A stretch of 64,000 nucleotides of DNA, taken from NCBI RefSeq assembly GCF_009914755.1, contig NC_060933.1. One strand, 5' to 3'. This document shows positions 1 through 15,497 of this stretch, piece by piece (the first letter of the stretch is position 1; each line of letters opens with the position of its first letter). Position numbers and translations under genes: made by a program. The notes under the pieces were generated by a model. That model ran no database searches. It was given only the letters and a program-made list of their open reading frames with translations, and had not been told where the DNA came from. This DNA comes from the human T2T-CHM13v2.0 reference genome, Homo sapiens.

Positions 1-600
1 AGATCACGTAAACAAGCTCAGGCCAATGTGCTGGAGGATGAGAAACCACATAGAGCCCAGTAACCCCAGGTGAAGGCTTAGATCAGCCGACCTACAAGCT
101 GACTGAAGACACACAAGAATGCCAGTCAAGACAGTCTTGGCAGGCAGTATCTCTAAGAACTAATATGACGCAGATACTGGTTTTGGTAAACAGGCAGGGT
201 TTCTGTTTGAGCCTGTGCTGATCATAACTGCCCAGCCAGTCACTCAATCCTATCTCTAAAATATATGGGTGGTAGAGAGAAATAGGTTTGAGGAGAAAAA
301 GGTGTAAAGAAGCCATTTTGTCAAATACAATGAGCAAGAATACTACAAAAACTTGCCCTCTAATGTCGTACAGCTTATGAAGCTGATGTACACCAATCTG
401 CACGGTTACCAGTTACTGATTTCCTTCACAATACTTAGCAGCATGCACGTACGCAGAACCGAAGAGCTGGGTTCATCCAGACTGAGATCTTGCTAGGTAA
501 ACTGTAGGCCAACTACAGCTTGCATTCCAAATCTGGCACGTGTCTTGTTTTTGTACAGACCAAAAGCTAAAAATTGTTTTAACATTTAGAAAGTGTTGTA

Positions 601-745
601 GGCCAGGCATGGTGGCTCACACCTGTAATCACAGCACTTTGGGAGGCCAAGATGGGAGGACTGCTTGAACCCAGGAGTTTGAGACCATGCTGGGCAACAA
701 AGCAAAGCTCCACCTCAATTTGAAAAAAAGTGTAGAAAAAAACAA
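601..745 (+). repeat. Alu left monomer/FLAM inside a MER58-like hAT MITE
   Basis: GGCCAGGCATGGTGGCTCACACCTGTAATC... followed by an A-rich tail. Confidence 0.7.
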
Positions 746-1554
746 AGATTATGTGACACAGCCTGTGTATGGCCCTAGAGGAAAAGTTTCCCAACTCCTA
801 AAGTAGGTAAATGATGAAAGAAAGAAGGGCAAGTGAGTTGGAGGGTATTGCAAGGAGAGTGATTAAAACATTATCGGGAAAATCATAACTGGACATGAAG
901 GAAAGCAAAGGAGAGTGACTGATAGAGTAGAATCTAAAGATGGTACTTCCCAGTCCTATATTCTAAAAATCCTATTAGATTTCCTTGGAGGCAGCCTAAC
1001 CTGCTCCACCAAAGCAACGGTTTCTAACATAATCATCACATGAAAGTAAGAGTGAGGTGCTCCCAAGAACCTAAAAATAAGATTAACCTCTCAAAAAGTC
1101 TATGTTCCATAGTGACGAGGGCACTGTATTAGATACAGGAGACACAACATAAAATTGAAGAGGCAAAGAAAGTATGTGGGACTATGGGAAACACTTCTTG
1201 GCCTCTTTTGAAAGTTTCTTTTCTGTTGCCAGCCAACTTTTCATATTATGTTCCCTAGAATTCTCACTTACGTCTGCTTCTCTTGCTCTACCTCCTCTCT
1301 GGAGTATCTCATCCTCCCACAGCCTCAGTACTACTCTGTTTCACAGCAACTCCTAAATCATTTCTCTAGCCCCAATCTTGCCTCCAAGATTCACACTCCA
1401 ATTTTCAGATGCCCACTGGAAATTTTCCTCCTGATGAGTATCTTCTATTTCATCTGTGATGGTGGGAATGTTGTATACCTTTACAACATTAAAAAAAAAA
1501 AAAGAGTGGATTAGAAACATAACCCAACTAAAAAGAATAAATAAATTAAAAATA

Positions 1555-1692
1555 AAGAATGTGGTAGCCACTAGCCTCATGTGGCTATTTAAATTAATTA
1601 AAACCAAATAAAATTTAAAGTTCAACTCCTAGGTTTTACCAGCCGCATTTTAAGTGCTTAATATCAACATATGGCTAGCAGCTACTATAGCA
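1555..1692. repeat. hAT-Charlie MITE fragment (MER3/MER33-like)
   Basis: TAGCCACTAGCC.CATGTGGCTATTTAAATT ... TATGGCTAGC internal inverted structure. Confidence 0.55.
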
Positions 1693-1995
1693 CAACTCCA
1701 GGCTGCTTCGTTTCAAACAACTAATTTTCCTCCCCAGACTATTCCTATTCCTATTCCTATTTCTCGCCATGGATATTGGTATCACCATGCATCCAACTCT
1801 CATATTGAAAAAAAAAAAAAGGTCTGGTCATCCCAGACTTTTCCCTCTCCTTCACAGCCCATCTCCATTTAAATTGTACCCAAATATTGTGTTGTGTACC
1901 TCAGAAATCTCCAATCTAGCCCCTTCTCTGGATCCTTATTGTCCCTGTTCTTGTACAGGCCCTTCTGATATCTGGTTTGAGCTACTTGTCAGAGC

Positions 1996-2155
1996 TTTTT
2001 TTTTTTTTCTTTTTTTTGTGTGTGAGACAGGTTTTCACCCAGGCTGGAGTGCAGTGGCGTGATCATGGCTACTGCAGCTTCAAACTCCTGGATTCAAGCG
2101 ATCCTCCTGCCTAGGCCTCCCAAAGTGCTGGGATTGCAGGCATGAACCACTGCAT
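1996..2155 (-). repeat. Alu fragment
   Basis: Poly(T) followed by GAGACAGG...CCCAAAGTGCTGGGATT. Confidence 0.8.
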
Positions 2156-5035
2156 CAAGACAAGACCTTCTTAAACAGTCTTTTTCTGAGGCTTTCCCTA
2201 CTCAAAACCTTCTTCTACATTACTACTAGTTGTTTCTTAAGAACAAATCTAATTGTTCCATTCCTACCTTTTTTAAGATTCCTGTTAGTTCCATCCTATT
2301 CATCCTTATATCCCTAGCATTTAGAATACTCTTGGACTCTATGTACTCAATGCCTGATGAATAAATGAGTTTTACAAATAGAAAAGCAAAGGGATATCCC
2401 CTTGTCCAGGAGAGAACTATTTACCTATTTACAGTGCAGTCATGCAGATAAGCTGGAACCAGCCTACTCCAAGCAAATTGTAGAAGATGCCTAACTTTGC
2501 CCCCTTATTACCCAATGTTCTAGAGCAACCACAGTTACAGATTCTACAGGTAGGAATTTGGCCTCAGAGCTTAGCCTAATTTGAACTCCATTTCCTTGCC
2601 TCTTGCTTTCTTCAAGGACAGATCCAATGTTATTTACCATCGCCCAATATCTTTGCAGGTAAAATAGGAAACAACTTACCGATTTTCATGACATTGTAAC
2701 AACTAATCCTACTGTATTTTTTAAAATGGCCATATCCCACAGTTTTCTAATAACTGATTCAGGTTTTGACTAAAAACCAAGAATGAGGAAATAATCATTT
2801 ATTCAGCACATTTTAAATCTTCTCTGCATGCCTGCTGCTGTGGAGGAAGACAAATATAGTTTAAAGGAAGATATAATCACAATACAACTATTTTCTTCTC
2901 CATCCTGTATCTCCTGCCATCACAGAATGCCTTTCTTGTTGAGGATATACCTACAGCCTCGCAGATCATTATTCTCAATTCCAGTCACCTTCAGCTTCAC
3001 CTGTTTCAATTTCAGTCACCTACTTCCAACAATGCCTACAATTAGGCACTCTCTAATATATATATTTTGTCTTCTTACTCCTGCCCTTGTACCTACTGGA
3101 ACCCCATTGGAAAATGAATCCCTTGATACTCTCCCTGTTCTCCAAGTATATTGGCCATGTCATAGCTTCACTTCCCTCCCTACTCAGCCTAGGTAACAGA
3201 ATGCATCAATTCCGCTACTCTCGCCACTCTATCCCTCAATTCCCTTGCCCCTTTGTCCTTTTACTGCTCACATCCAGAACATCCAATCATAAATCCACCC
3301 ATTTATTCATTTGCTCAGTACAAATACTAAATGAATACTATAGGTCCAACATTAGTTTCTGCTTCTACTTCCAATGTTGAATGCTGGTGGGACAAAAAGA
3401 AGTCACAAATCATAGTGTCCCACAAATTCAAATATCCCATCTCAGGTGAGGCCTCAACACTAATCAGCAATTCTTAACCCTCTCTCTGTGCCTTTCAAGG
3501 GGCATTTTTTCCACTCCTCCTCATGATCCAACCTTCTCAGAAGATGGCATTCTTCCTACTTCATAGAGCAAGGAGAGGCTTTAGGGCATGTATTACCTCA
3601 TCTTAATGCATCTACCCACAAATGCTTTTTTGTCTATTTTTACCTCCTGCCATTTTATAGTAAGACTTGCCTTTGCTTGTCCATTGCTAATTTCATTTCT
3701 CTGTGCTCTGGACCATCTTTCTCATTCAGGAACTTTGTTTCATTAGTCAACCTTTCCTTCTCAAGGGGCTCTCTTCCAAAAAAGGTTCCTCTCTCCCTCC
3801 CATTTTAAGTTTCAAAACAAAAACAAAGCATATCCTTTTTATTTTATACCCCTCTAAACTCTATACTCTTCTAAAGGTGCATCCACACTGAATGCTGAGG
3901 AAATCAAGGGTTTTGACACAGGGAAACTCCTCCCTCTCCACTTCCCATTCCTTGCCCCTGTTGGTGGGAATACTGGGAGTGCCAACAGCCTAAACCAGAT
4001 CACACTTGGGTTCCAGCACCCCAAAGCACCTTCCAAAATTTTTTCTGCATCCAGAGATGTGCTACTGGCTTGCTCAGCATGTCTACATCCTGCACTGGCA
4101 GGGGACTGCAATTATTCTTCACAAGGGAAGAATTCCCAGCCAGTGTGGGTTGTCAGCTTGCCTCCTGTAAACCCCTTTGTACACACTGCCCATCTTTACT
4201 ACAGACTGGATGAGTTAGTGAGGCCTTTTAGATTGGCTAGCCTAGAAATTGGGGAAGACTGAACTCCACTACTTGGACTAGGAGGTAAAAAGTAGTAACA
4301 AATTTTCGTGTTGTGAACCTCAGGATCATGATCATGAGTAAGGAAGCATGAATGGTTTAGTTACATTTCTTACATAGATTAAATGACAAGTCACTACACT
4401 GAGAACCTGAGGTAAAATAAAATGGCATGGACACTGAATTCAGATGAACATGTTAAAAGAATATACTATTATTCTAAAAGTTTATAGATAGTGGAGCTTC
4501 TTGAAAGCAGGCCTTAGCCCATTTTCAAATTCTCCAGGTCCCATTCATTCACCCAGTGTTTTAAGCATGTTGGTTGTCAAGTAGTGAAAGAGTCTAGCAG
4601 TACACTGATACATAGTTTCACAGAACTTTCAGACTAGTGGGAGATAAGGCATTTAGTAATCAACTGCTAATTGTGATGAGTGGTCTGAAGGAGCCTGGAG
4701 TTGTTTGAAGCAGTTTTGGGGAGGTGGGAAGAGGGCACACTTTTAACAGAAATCTAGTTTAGCCAGGGTGGAGTTCAGTTTCCAGCAGAAACTGCCACGA
4801 ATGAAAGCTCTCACGTAGTACGGAGCAGCACCTCCATAGCCCTGGAGCAGCCTAGCGTGGCATGAGCCCAAATGAAGTGACAGAAATGCTGAAGATGGGC
4901 CAGAGCCTAATTAGGCAGAAATCTATAAACCATATCATGCTGTTGGATTTTTTTGTCTGCTTTTAATATCCTAAGAAAATAGGAAGCTACTGAAGGATTT
5001 TAAGAAGCAGATGAAATGAAAATTTAAAAAGATCG

Positions 5036-5333
5036 GCAGGGCACGGTGGCTCATGCCTGTAATCCCAGCACTTTGGGAGGCAAAAGCGTGCAGATCACCT
5101 GAGGTCAGGAGTCCGAGACCAGCCTGGCCAACACGGTGAGACCCCGTCTCTACTAAAAATACAAAAACTAGCCGGGCGTGGTGGTGGGCACCTGTAATCC
5201 CAGCTACTCGGGAAGCTGGGATAGGATAATCACTTGAACCCAGGAGGTGGAGCTTGCGTTGCAGTGAGCCAAGACTGTGCCACTGTACTCCAGCCTGGGC
5301 GACAGAGTGAGACTGTCTCAAGAGAAAAAAAAA
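5036..5333 (+). repeat. AluS
   Basis: Full dimeric Alu with A tail. Confidence 0.9.
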
Positions 5334-6120
5334 TCTTTTCAGTGCTGCATCACAAATGGATGGGGGAAAGGAGCGGGTGCAGACCAACAATGAATGCAAG
5401 CTGACCCATTATGGTAGCACAGATGAAAGATCTTGGCTACCCAGATTGGATGTGAATGCTACAGACACAATAGAAATATCATAAAAATCATTAGTGCCAA
5501 GGATTTGGCAGCTGAATGAGGGGGGCTGAAGGACAGGGACGAATCAAGACTTGGCAATTTTTGGCTTGAACACCCAAAAGGATGATGTGCCATGTATTGT
5601 TTTCATTAAATGTTTAAGGGAAAACATGATGTGAAATTACTATGTGGAATAGTGTTGTTTTTAATACTTAAGAAAAATTACATTGTTAACTACAAAGTAA
5701 TTTCAAATTTAATGTGTATTTCTTGATCAACTATAGTCTTCCCACAATTTCTCAATGTCTGAGCTTACTTAAAAATTGCCAACATCAATTTTAGATTCTT
5801 CTTAGACAATTTTCTACTGTCCTTAGAATAACGGATTCTAAACATGGCCTACCAAGACTGTTCCCACCCTGTCCTTTGTCTAATCCTGCTTTTAGTTCTT
5901 GGAATATGCTAGGCTCTTCATCTGCCTTTGGATCCTTTGCCAACAGCAATTCCTCCCCCGTTAATGCTGGCTTGCTTTCTGGATTCAACTATTACGTCCA
6001 ATCATGATTAGATCCCCATTCACTTGTAAGGGAATTATACTTTCTCCTCAGAGAATGTATGATAGTTTATAATGTTATACTTACATAAATATTTGTCTTA
6101 ACAGTCCATAAGCACCATCA

Positions 6121-6488
<368 letters not shown>

Positions 6489-6726
6489 TTAGTGCAGAAC
6501 CTGCCACATAGTAGGCACTGCAATTTCTACTGAATAAAGAATGAATACAGTAGCAAGGCAAAGGCAAACTGAAGGCTGAATTAAGATTTAACTCAAGCTC
6601 CACTGTTCAGTGGCAATCCTACATCAGCATAGATGTAATTTTATCATCCCTAAAACAAGATAAAACATAACCACTTTATATGAAAGAACTACCAATGTAA
6701 AAGAAGTATGACAAGGGTTTTTCATG

Positions 6727-6732
6727 TTTATT
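6727..6732 (-). terminator. TOPORS poly(A) signal (distal AATAAA; further candidates at 6957-6962 and 7038-7043)
   Basis: TTTATT on the plus strand within the AT-rich 3' UTR downstream of the stop codon. Confidence 0.6.
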
Positions 6733-7549
6733 TAGCAAGTTAAATGCTGTTTTTACTGATGATAGAAAGCAAATAAGATACTCCTCAAAATCAAAGAAAA
6801 TAATTAAAACTATAAAGTATTTGTTCACCTGAAGTTCAGTATTTATGACATAATTATGCCCTTAGCTACTTTCAAGATTTTAACTTTACTAAAATAAACT
6901 TTAAAAAAAAATACTGCATAGGAAAATGTCTGATTCTTGTTTTAAAGTGTTACTGTTTTATTTTTTTTCTTTTGTTGAATACACATTTGTTTTACTGGCA
7001 GTCCAGATAAACAAGTATATAAAGGAAATAGTAAATTTTTATTTTGGCAGAAGATAAACTGTGCAGATTAAAATGCCTCAATTTAACCTGAAGAAATGGT
7101 TTTGAATCATATAAATTTTTAAGAAGAAAAATAAAGACTGTCCAAAGGGATTCTCCTAGCTTATAACACATTTCCAGAATAACTCTCAAAAAAAAAAATT
7201 CAAAAATACTCATTGACTACCTTAAAAATATGTCAATACCGTATGGCTTTATGAAATAACTTCTAAAATTTATATAATTTTTCTTATTTAAAAAGGACCC
7301 CAAGTTTTAAATAAGCTGCTAGCAGTATCATTTTCTTCACTTAAAAGTGCATATCTTTGAGGGTGGGACATACATTTTGAACAAATAATGATTTTTACAA
7401 ATTAACACCAAAAAAAAAAATCATTTAAAATATTGTAAGGAGGAAGAGAGTTTTCACCAAATGTCATCTTTAAATAGACTGCAGTAGACGACATTCTTCC
7501 TTTTTCCTTTTTATAACATCATAATTCTCAATGAAATGCTTTGGCAGTT

Positions 7550-10489
7550 TTAAGACATATCACAGTCTCTACCAAGACATACTGACATTAATGATGTCCG
7601 TGGCGATGGCAATTGCCTTGATGGCTCAGTTTGAAGAGACACAATGTTACTGGGCTGGTTCTCCAAATCAGAAACAAAGGTGCTCTCTTCTCTTACATCG
7701 AGAGTTTGTTCAACTGAAGCTGCCAGAGGTGGAATATTATCTACAGTTTTGTTGGCATTATTCAAGTTGTTACTAAGTGTGGCAATATCACATTCCTTGT
7801 CCAGCACACCAAATTCAGCTTCTATTGTAACTACATCTTTAGTTTCAAATGGTTCCAAGGAAGGAGCCAAAAACTCATTTTGTAGAGGGTCTTGAGGACC
7901 ACTATTGTCACATTCTGTATCCTCCTTTACTTCAGAATCCTTATCACTGTCACTGTCAATGGTAATTACAACTGGGGAACGTGAAGCATTATCTCCATGG
8001 TGTTTCTTATGCTTCTTCTTATGTTTCTTCTTTTTCTTTTTATGGTGTTTAGTTGTATCAGTAGCTTTTCCTTCATAAACTATCTCTACACTTAGGCTCC
8101 GGGTCTTCCTTTTTCTCCTTTTGTGTTTTGTCTCTCTGTCTGATGATCGGCTGTCTGAAAAGGTATCACTCTCATTTTTGTAGTTTCCATCCAATTTTGA
8201 TGAAGATTTTTGGTAATGACTGTCCTTTGCTTTAGAAGCAAATTCACGAGATGGCTGAGCCACTTCGTTAGTACCCTCCAAATGCCGTGTTTTGTATTTT
8301 CGTTTCCCTCCAGGCTTTTCATTTCTCACCCGGTCAGTCCCGGTAGATGCAGTCCTTGATCTGTTACTAGACAGGCTCCTTGATCTGTGCCTTTCATAGT
8401 AGTAATACTTCCTCTCACTGTGATTATTTTTTTTCCTAGCATTTGTTCTTTCAGAAAAGGACTGAACTCTAAATTCTGGACTTGAAGACTGTCTAGAATA
8501 ATGAGCTCTGGACAGAGTCCTCCTCCTGTAAGATGATTCGTACCCATCCCTGTCCTTGTTTCTACTGTAATAAGTATACTCCCATTTGTATCTGCTTCCA
8601 TAATTATTTCTTAAATAATAACGATCTCTATTTCTGCTCCGTGATCTTCTTTTACCATGATCACTGCTACGAGACCTTGATCTGCTTGTGCTTTCACTAC
8701 TTAGAGACAGAGTTTGGCTTCTTCTGGACCAACTGCTATCTCTAGTTCTTGATCTCTTTTTGTCTCTTCTCCCTCTAGGTCTGCTACTTTCCCTGCTTCT
8801 GGATCGTTTACTTTTCATTCTTTTCTTCCCATGATGCTTTCTATGATTCTTCTGATCATGCCCACTTCTACTCTGAGAACGTGAATCTGAACTTCTTGAT
8901 CTTCCCCTCTTTCTGTGTCTATGGTTATATGGAGAATATACTCTGTCTCCTCTTACAGATGAGTTCAGGTTTCTGGGAGATGACAATGATGTAGATCGTT
9001 TCTCTTCCTTCTTTGATTTGATTCTTGTACTAGAATCACAATGACCTTTATTTATTTGTTCATCCTTTCCAAGGACAGAGTGTGGAGATGAGCATCTACT
9101 AACATCGCTATCACCAGAACTGTAAGATTGCTCCTGTTCTTGTGTCTTCACTGTCTCCATTTTCTCATAAGAACCTAAGTCCTCAGAATCAGAGGACAGT
9201 TCAACAAGTTCTGGGGTCCTCTCAGCTAGTGGTTTAACAAACCCAACAATGACACAATTATCTGAAGAATCATCACTGTCATTATTTAGGTCGTCATTGG
9301 TTTGTACTCCTTGTATCTGAGACGTGGCTCCTCCTGTGACAAGTTCTTCATCTGAACTGTCAGAAGTATTTAAAAGAGAAGACATAGTAACGTGTACCTG
9401 CTCTGAGCTTGAGTAAGATGGTCCTGGAGTTTCATCATCCCATGGTGCCTGACTAACAGTGGCTACATTAATATCCAGCTCTTGGGTCTCAGCCTCATCT
9501 GGAGATATTGTTATGACTGAAGAATCAGAATGGCTGCCTTCTTCGTATGAAGGAGCAGGGCAATCATAATTGGCATGCTGGTCAAAGGCTGCCATGTTAA
9601 AAGGAGATCGGGCAAAACTGATAAATTCATGTATAAAATGCTCAGTTCGATTAAGTAAAAATGGTCTTAAATCAGACACAAATGCCTGACTCTCCAAGTC
9701 ATAGCGAGTAACATTACTCATGATAATATGCTGGACAATATTCACTAAAGATCCATGAGCTCCAAAAAGAACTGTAAGTTCACGTTTTAACCAGGGGACT
9801 AATCTGTGAAGGCAAGCTGGATTTCTACGGAAAAATTCAGCTGAAATATCCCTGTAGCGGCCACCATCTTCAATATTTCTAACTCGAGCACCAGCACGAT
9901 AAAGAGTTCGTCTAAAATTAATAATATCTTGTTCTTGAATTTTCCGCAAAGATCTTTCATCTGCCGTAGTTGGCCTCCTTACTGCAATCTGTCTCATAAA
10001 CTGAGGAATTTCAACATCTCTAGGTCTTGTTGAAATGCCTAACCCTTCAAACAGTACTCCACTATCCGGTGGAGTTGTTGTTCTTCTGTTCACAGGACCA
10101 CTAGGTGAATACACAGAAGCATTTCGTTCCCTTGTCAGAGTTGTACGGTAGCGAAATCGTCGATCAGGGGTGACAAAAGAACCATTATACGAAGGCCTTA
10201 GGACATACTCCTTGAAGTCATCTTCTGCCCTCACAGAATGGAAAATAGAATCAAAGGGCTGTTTACATAGTGGGCATTCAGCTTTGTTTTTTGACCACTC
10301 CTGTACACAGCGAAAACAGAACTTATGTAAGCAGCGATCTAAGTAAGACACATTATCAAATCTATCCAAGCATATAGGACACTTAGAATCAGGAGATGCA
10401 TCAGCTGGTACTGTCTGTTGCAATTTGCTAGTGCCAGCTTTAGGTGAAAAGTTGTCCATTTTAAATTCCTTAGCAGCTGATGCCATTAT
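7550..10489 (-). CDS. TOPORS: TOPORS coding exon 3 (residues 67-1045 + stop); E3 ubiquitin/SUMO ligase
   Basis: 978-aa ORF with a C3HC4 RING (CPICLD...CLHKFCFRC...CPLC), SIM-like motifs (VITIS, VVITIDSDSD), a long RS region and a Lys/His tract. Acceptor ...TTTTACAG|ATA ATG at 10490/10489; TAA at 7552-7550. Confidence 0.98.
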   Translation of the reverse strand: MMASAAKEFKMDNFSPKAGTSKLQQTVPADASPDSKCPICLDRFDNVSYLDRCLHKFCFRCVQEWSKNKAECPLCKQPFDSIFHSVRAEDDFKEYVLRPSYNGSFVTPDRRFRYRTTLTRERNASVYSPSGPVNRRTTTPPDSGVLFEGLGISTRPRDVEIPQFMRQIAVRRPTTADERSLRKIQEQDIINFRRTLYRAGARVRNIEDGGRYRDISAEFFRRNPACLHRLVPWLKRELTVLFGAHGSLVNIVQHIIMSNVTRYDLESQAFVSDLRPFLLNRTEHFIHEFISFARSPFNMAAFDQHANYDCPAPSYEEGSHSDSSVITISPDEAETQELDINVATVSQAPWDDETPGPSYSSSEQVHVTMSSLLNTSDSSDEELVTGGATSQIQGVQTNDDLNNDSDDSSDNCVIVGFVKPLAERTPELVELSSDSEDLGSYEKMETVKTQEQEQSYSSGDSDVSRCSSPHSVLGKDEQINKGHCDSSTRIKSKKEEKRSTSLSSPRNLNSSVRGDRVYSPYNHRHRKRGRSRSSDSRSQSRSGHDQKNHRKHHGKKRMKSKRSRSRESSRPRGRRDKKRSRTRDSSWSRRSQTLSLSSESTSRSRSRSSDHGKRRSRSRNRDRYYLRNNYGSRYKWEYTYYSRNKDRDGYESSYRRRTLSRAHYSRQSSSPEFRVQSFSERTNARKKNNHSERKYYYYERHRSRSLSSNRSRTASTGTDRVRNEKPGGKRKYKTRHLEGTNEVAQPSREFASKAKDSHYQKSSSKLDGNYKNESDTFSDSRSSDRETKHKRRKRKTRSLSVEIVYEGKATDTTKHHKKKKKKHKKKHKKHHGDNASRSPVVITIDSDSDKDSEVKEDTECDNSGPQDPLQNEFLAPSLEPFETKDVVTIEAEFGVLDKECDIATLSNNLNNANKTVDNIPPLAASVEQTLDVREESTFVSDLENQPSNIVSLQTEPSRQLPSPRTSLMSVCLGRDCDMS

Positions 10490-11644
10490 CTGTAAAAGGG
10501 AAAGAAATATATCAGTAACCTGATAATAGAGGAATGACTAAATAGTCTCAACAAAAATGCAAATAAAGACCTTGAAACTTATTTTGGTGAAAATACTTAA
10601 GTGACCCATTACTTTTGTTTTATTTTATAAAGGGGCACTGTAGCATAGTAATATAGTGCTTAAAGCATAAGCTCTGAAGTCAGATTTCCTAAGACTGAAT
10701 CCTGGTTCCACACTACCAGCGTGACTATGTGCCAGTTAGTATCTCTGTGCTTTAATTTCATCTGCAGGTCAGTGATAACAGAATCTGCCTTACAGGGTTT
10801 GTGAAGATGTAAAAAGCCCTTAGAAAAGGCACCTGCTACATAGTAAAGCTCTCAAATATTATGTAACATTCTATTATTCTTTTTAAAAATAATTTGAGAA
10901 ATATCTGACATATAAAAAAAAAAAGTACCAAATACCCATGTATCCACCACTTATGTTATGCCCCTTATCTTCCCCTCCTATCACTCTCTAGAAAACAAAA
11001 AACAAAAACACCACACTCCTCAGTTGATGTTATTTCTATGCATGGCTTTATACCTTTCATATACATATGCCACTAACAATACAGACTACTGATTTATCTG
11101 TGATATTTTGTATGTACTTTTCTAAAACAACTTTGGTGACATAACTTACATACCAGAAAGTTCACCTGTTTAAACCAATCCTATGATTTTTAGTGAAAGA
11201 TTCTTTTTTCAACCTTAGAAAGCTAATTTTAAAAAGGGAGAGGAAACTTTTAGTGAAGATTAAATAATAAATGAAAAAGCAGCCAAGAGGCAGTGCCTGG
11301 CTCACAGTAGGTGCTGAGTAAATGTCAGCTGTTATTATTACTACACTATTATATTCAGTTAATCACTCATTCCATTCAGCATTCCTAATAAGCCTTCCTT
11401 TAGCTTTTTTCTTTAATCCAAAAGTCAGGCCACAGAATATCTTGAAATCATGTTTTTGGTCCCCTTCCCTATTATCCTTTCCCATAAGGATGACTAGAAT
11501 ATTAAAGATTAGTTTGTTTTATCAGTTTACATTGGCTCAAAACTTTGCTAGAGCTTGAAATCTAGTATGCGTTTTGACTTTATCTCATAAACTCCAAAGC
11601 TGCATTTTATACTAATCATTTTGAGTATATTGACTATTGGGGAG

Positions 11645-11998
<354 letters not shown>

Positions 11999-13051
11999 TT
12001 ATCACAGGAGGTTCCATCACTAGTCAACTGGGGTCAAGTTAATCAAATAACAGAATTGTAATTTTCTAAATAGACTCATTGGCCTTAACAAACTATAAGA
12101 AAAACCAATAAACAAAACCCACAACAAAAACTCATGACTGAAATACAAGTATTCCACCATAGCTTTCATATTAAACCTGCTCACTTTAGGGCATCTTGGC
12201 TTTCTCAGAACCATAACTTAATAGAGAATCAATTAATGCTAAATAAGCGTTTCTTCAGGGGTCCAGGTATGTCTAGTCTTCTATTTACTGGACTGAAAAT
12301 GCAAAAACATCATCACTGTCCTGGAAGGTCTGGAAAAGCAGGATTATAAATACATAATACTGCTTTTTTGTTCATAAACAGTCTAAAACCCTAATACTGC
12401 ACAACCTTCTCAGCATTTCCCTCTACTTTTAACATTTTTTAATCTGCCTACTCAAGAAATTTAAAGAAACACACACATAAAAATAAAAACCTTTCAGTTC
12501 AGAGACTGTGTGTGTGGTAGAGGGAAGGAACAGAGAAAAGTTGGGAGGGAATCAAAGAGGTTATCAAAAGATCTGGACTGAAGACCAGGCTTCACCTAGA
12601 ACTAGCTCTAGTTAATGTGAAGAAAACCACATTACTCTAGACTTTAGTTTTCTCCTCTATATAATGAAGGGATTACTGGACTTGGAAAAAAGACCCGTGA
12701 ATTCCAAGTTAATACATTTTATCTTCACTTAGTTCTCTGAAATAGAATTTTAGTGTTTTCTGAACACTTCCAGTTCACATAAAAATTACAGCTGAAAATG
12801 AATTTATTAAAGGGAATTATTAGGTAGTAAACTTGAAGTTCAAATAAAATAAAATCTCAACAAAGTATGATTTTTTTAAAAAAATGAAACCTTACCCTTC
12901 CCTTCTCTAGTTTTATAAGCCTGTTAACCACTTTGACAGTAAAAGGTGAATGAATGACTGGTAATGTCCTCCATAACAGGTTAAAAAATAATAATAAATT
13001 AGAATTCATTCTTGTATTTCTACACAGGAATCATTAGCTGAAAAGAATAAT

Positions 13052-13380
13052 CTTAGCCGGGCATGATGGGCACACCTGTAGTCCCAGCTACTCAGGAGGC
13101 TGAGGCAGGAGGATTAACTGAGCCTGGGAGGTCCAGGCTGCAGTGAGCCATAATTGCACCACCTCACTCCAGCCTGGGTGACAGAATGAGACCCTGTTTC
13201 AAAACAAACAAACAAACAAACAGTCTTCATCAGAAACATCAAAGAGGCGGGGCACGGTGGCTCACGCCTGTAATCCCATCACTTTGGGAAGCCAAGGCAG
13301 GAGACCCTTGAGGCCAGGAATTTGAAACAGCCTAGGCAACAAAGCGAGATCCAGTCTCTATTTTAAAAAAGAAAAAGAAA
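13052..13380 (+). repeat. Alu right-arm fragment followed by a left monomer
   Basis: TTAGCCGGGCATG...(AAAC)n, then GGCGGGGCACGGTGGCTCACGCC... Confidence 0.75.
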
Positions 13381-13489
13381 CATCAAACAATTGGAATGCA
13401 TGTAGATCATCAAATAAGTTATTAGCTCTTCAAAATCATCACTAAATACTAAATTAAAATGTTTTTTAAAACGCAAATGAAGTCGAACA

Positions 13490-14350
<861 letters not shown>

Positions 14351-14403
14351 TAAGGCATAAAAACTGGGATGACTAGATACAGATTAAGAGTGGTTGATTT
14401 GCT

Positions 14404-14713
<310 letters not shown>

Positions 14714-15189
14714 AAAGAGTGGCTGATCTGCAAGAGACGTTCTGAATTTAAGTAGCAAAGGTAGACCCGATGAAAAACACAGTGCTTCAGGTTCTGTAAG
14801 AAGCCTGTGTTACGGGTTTTCCATCCTAGCACTCTAGGAATTAGGACATTTCCTCACAGGAGACAATCAGTTCTTCCAGTCACACTTCCTAAACTGTCTC
14901 CCAAATCCTAAATGAAGTTCACCATCTTTAGTATAAACTGATTAAGCCAAAACTTCCCTTTCCCGAAAAATCCTCAAATCTGGCTTTAACAAGGATAATA
15001 ACAATTCGGGGAAATTTCAGCTAATTAATATGGACACACGTCTAGGGAAAATGGATGGGGGAGATAAAGAATCAGGAAGCTCGAATCTACATTTCAGGAG
15101 ACTGGATATTTGAAAAACTGCACAATGATATAAACGAAGTATAACTGCTCTGTAGAATTAAAGTTAGACTTACTACAAAAGTCATCTAT

Positions 15190-15497
<308 letters not shown>

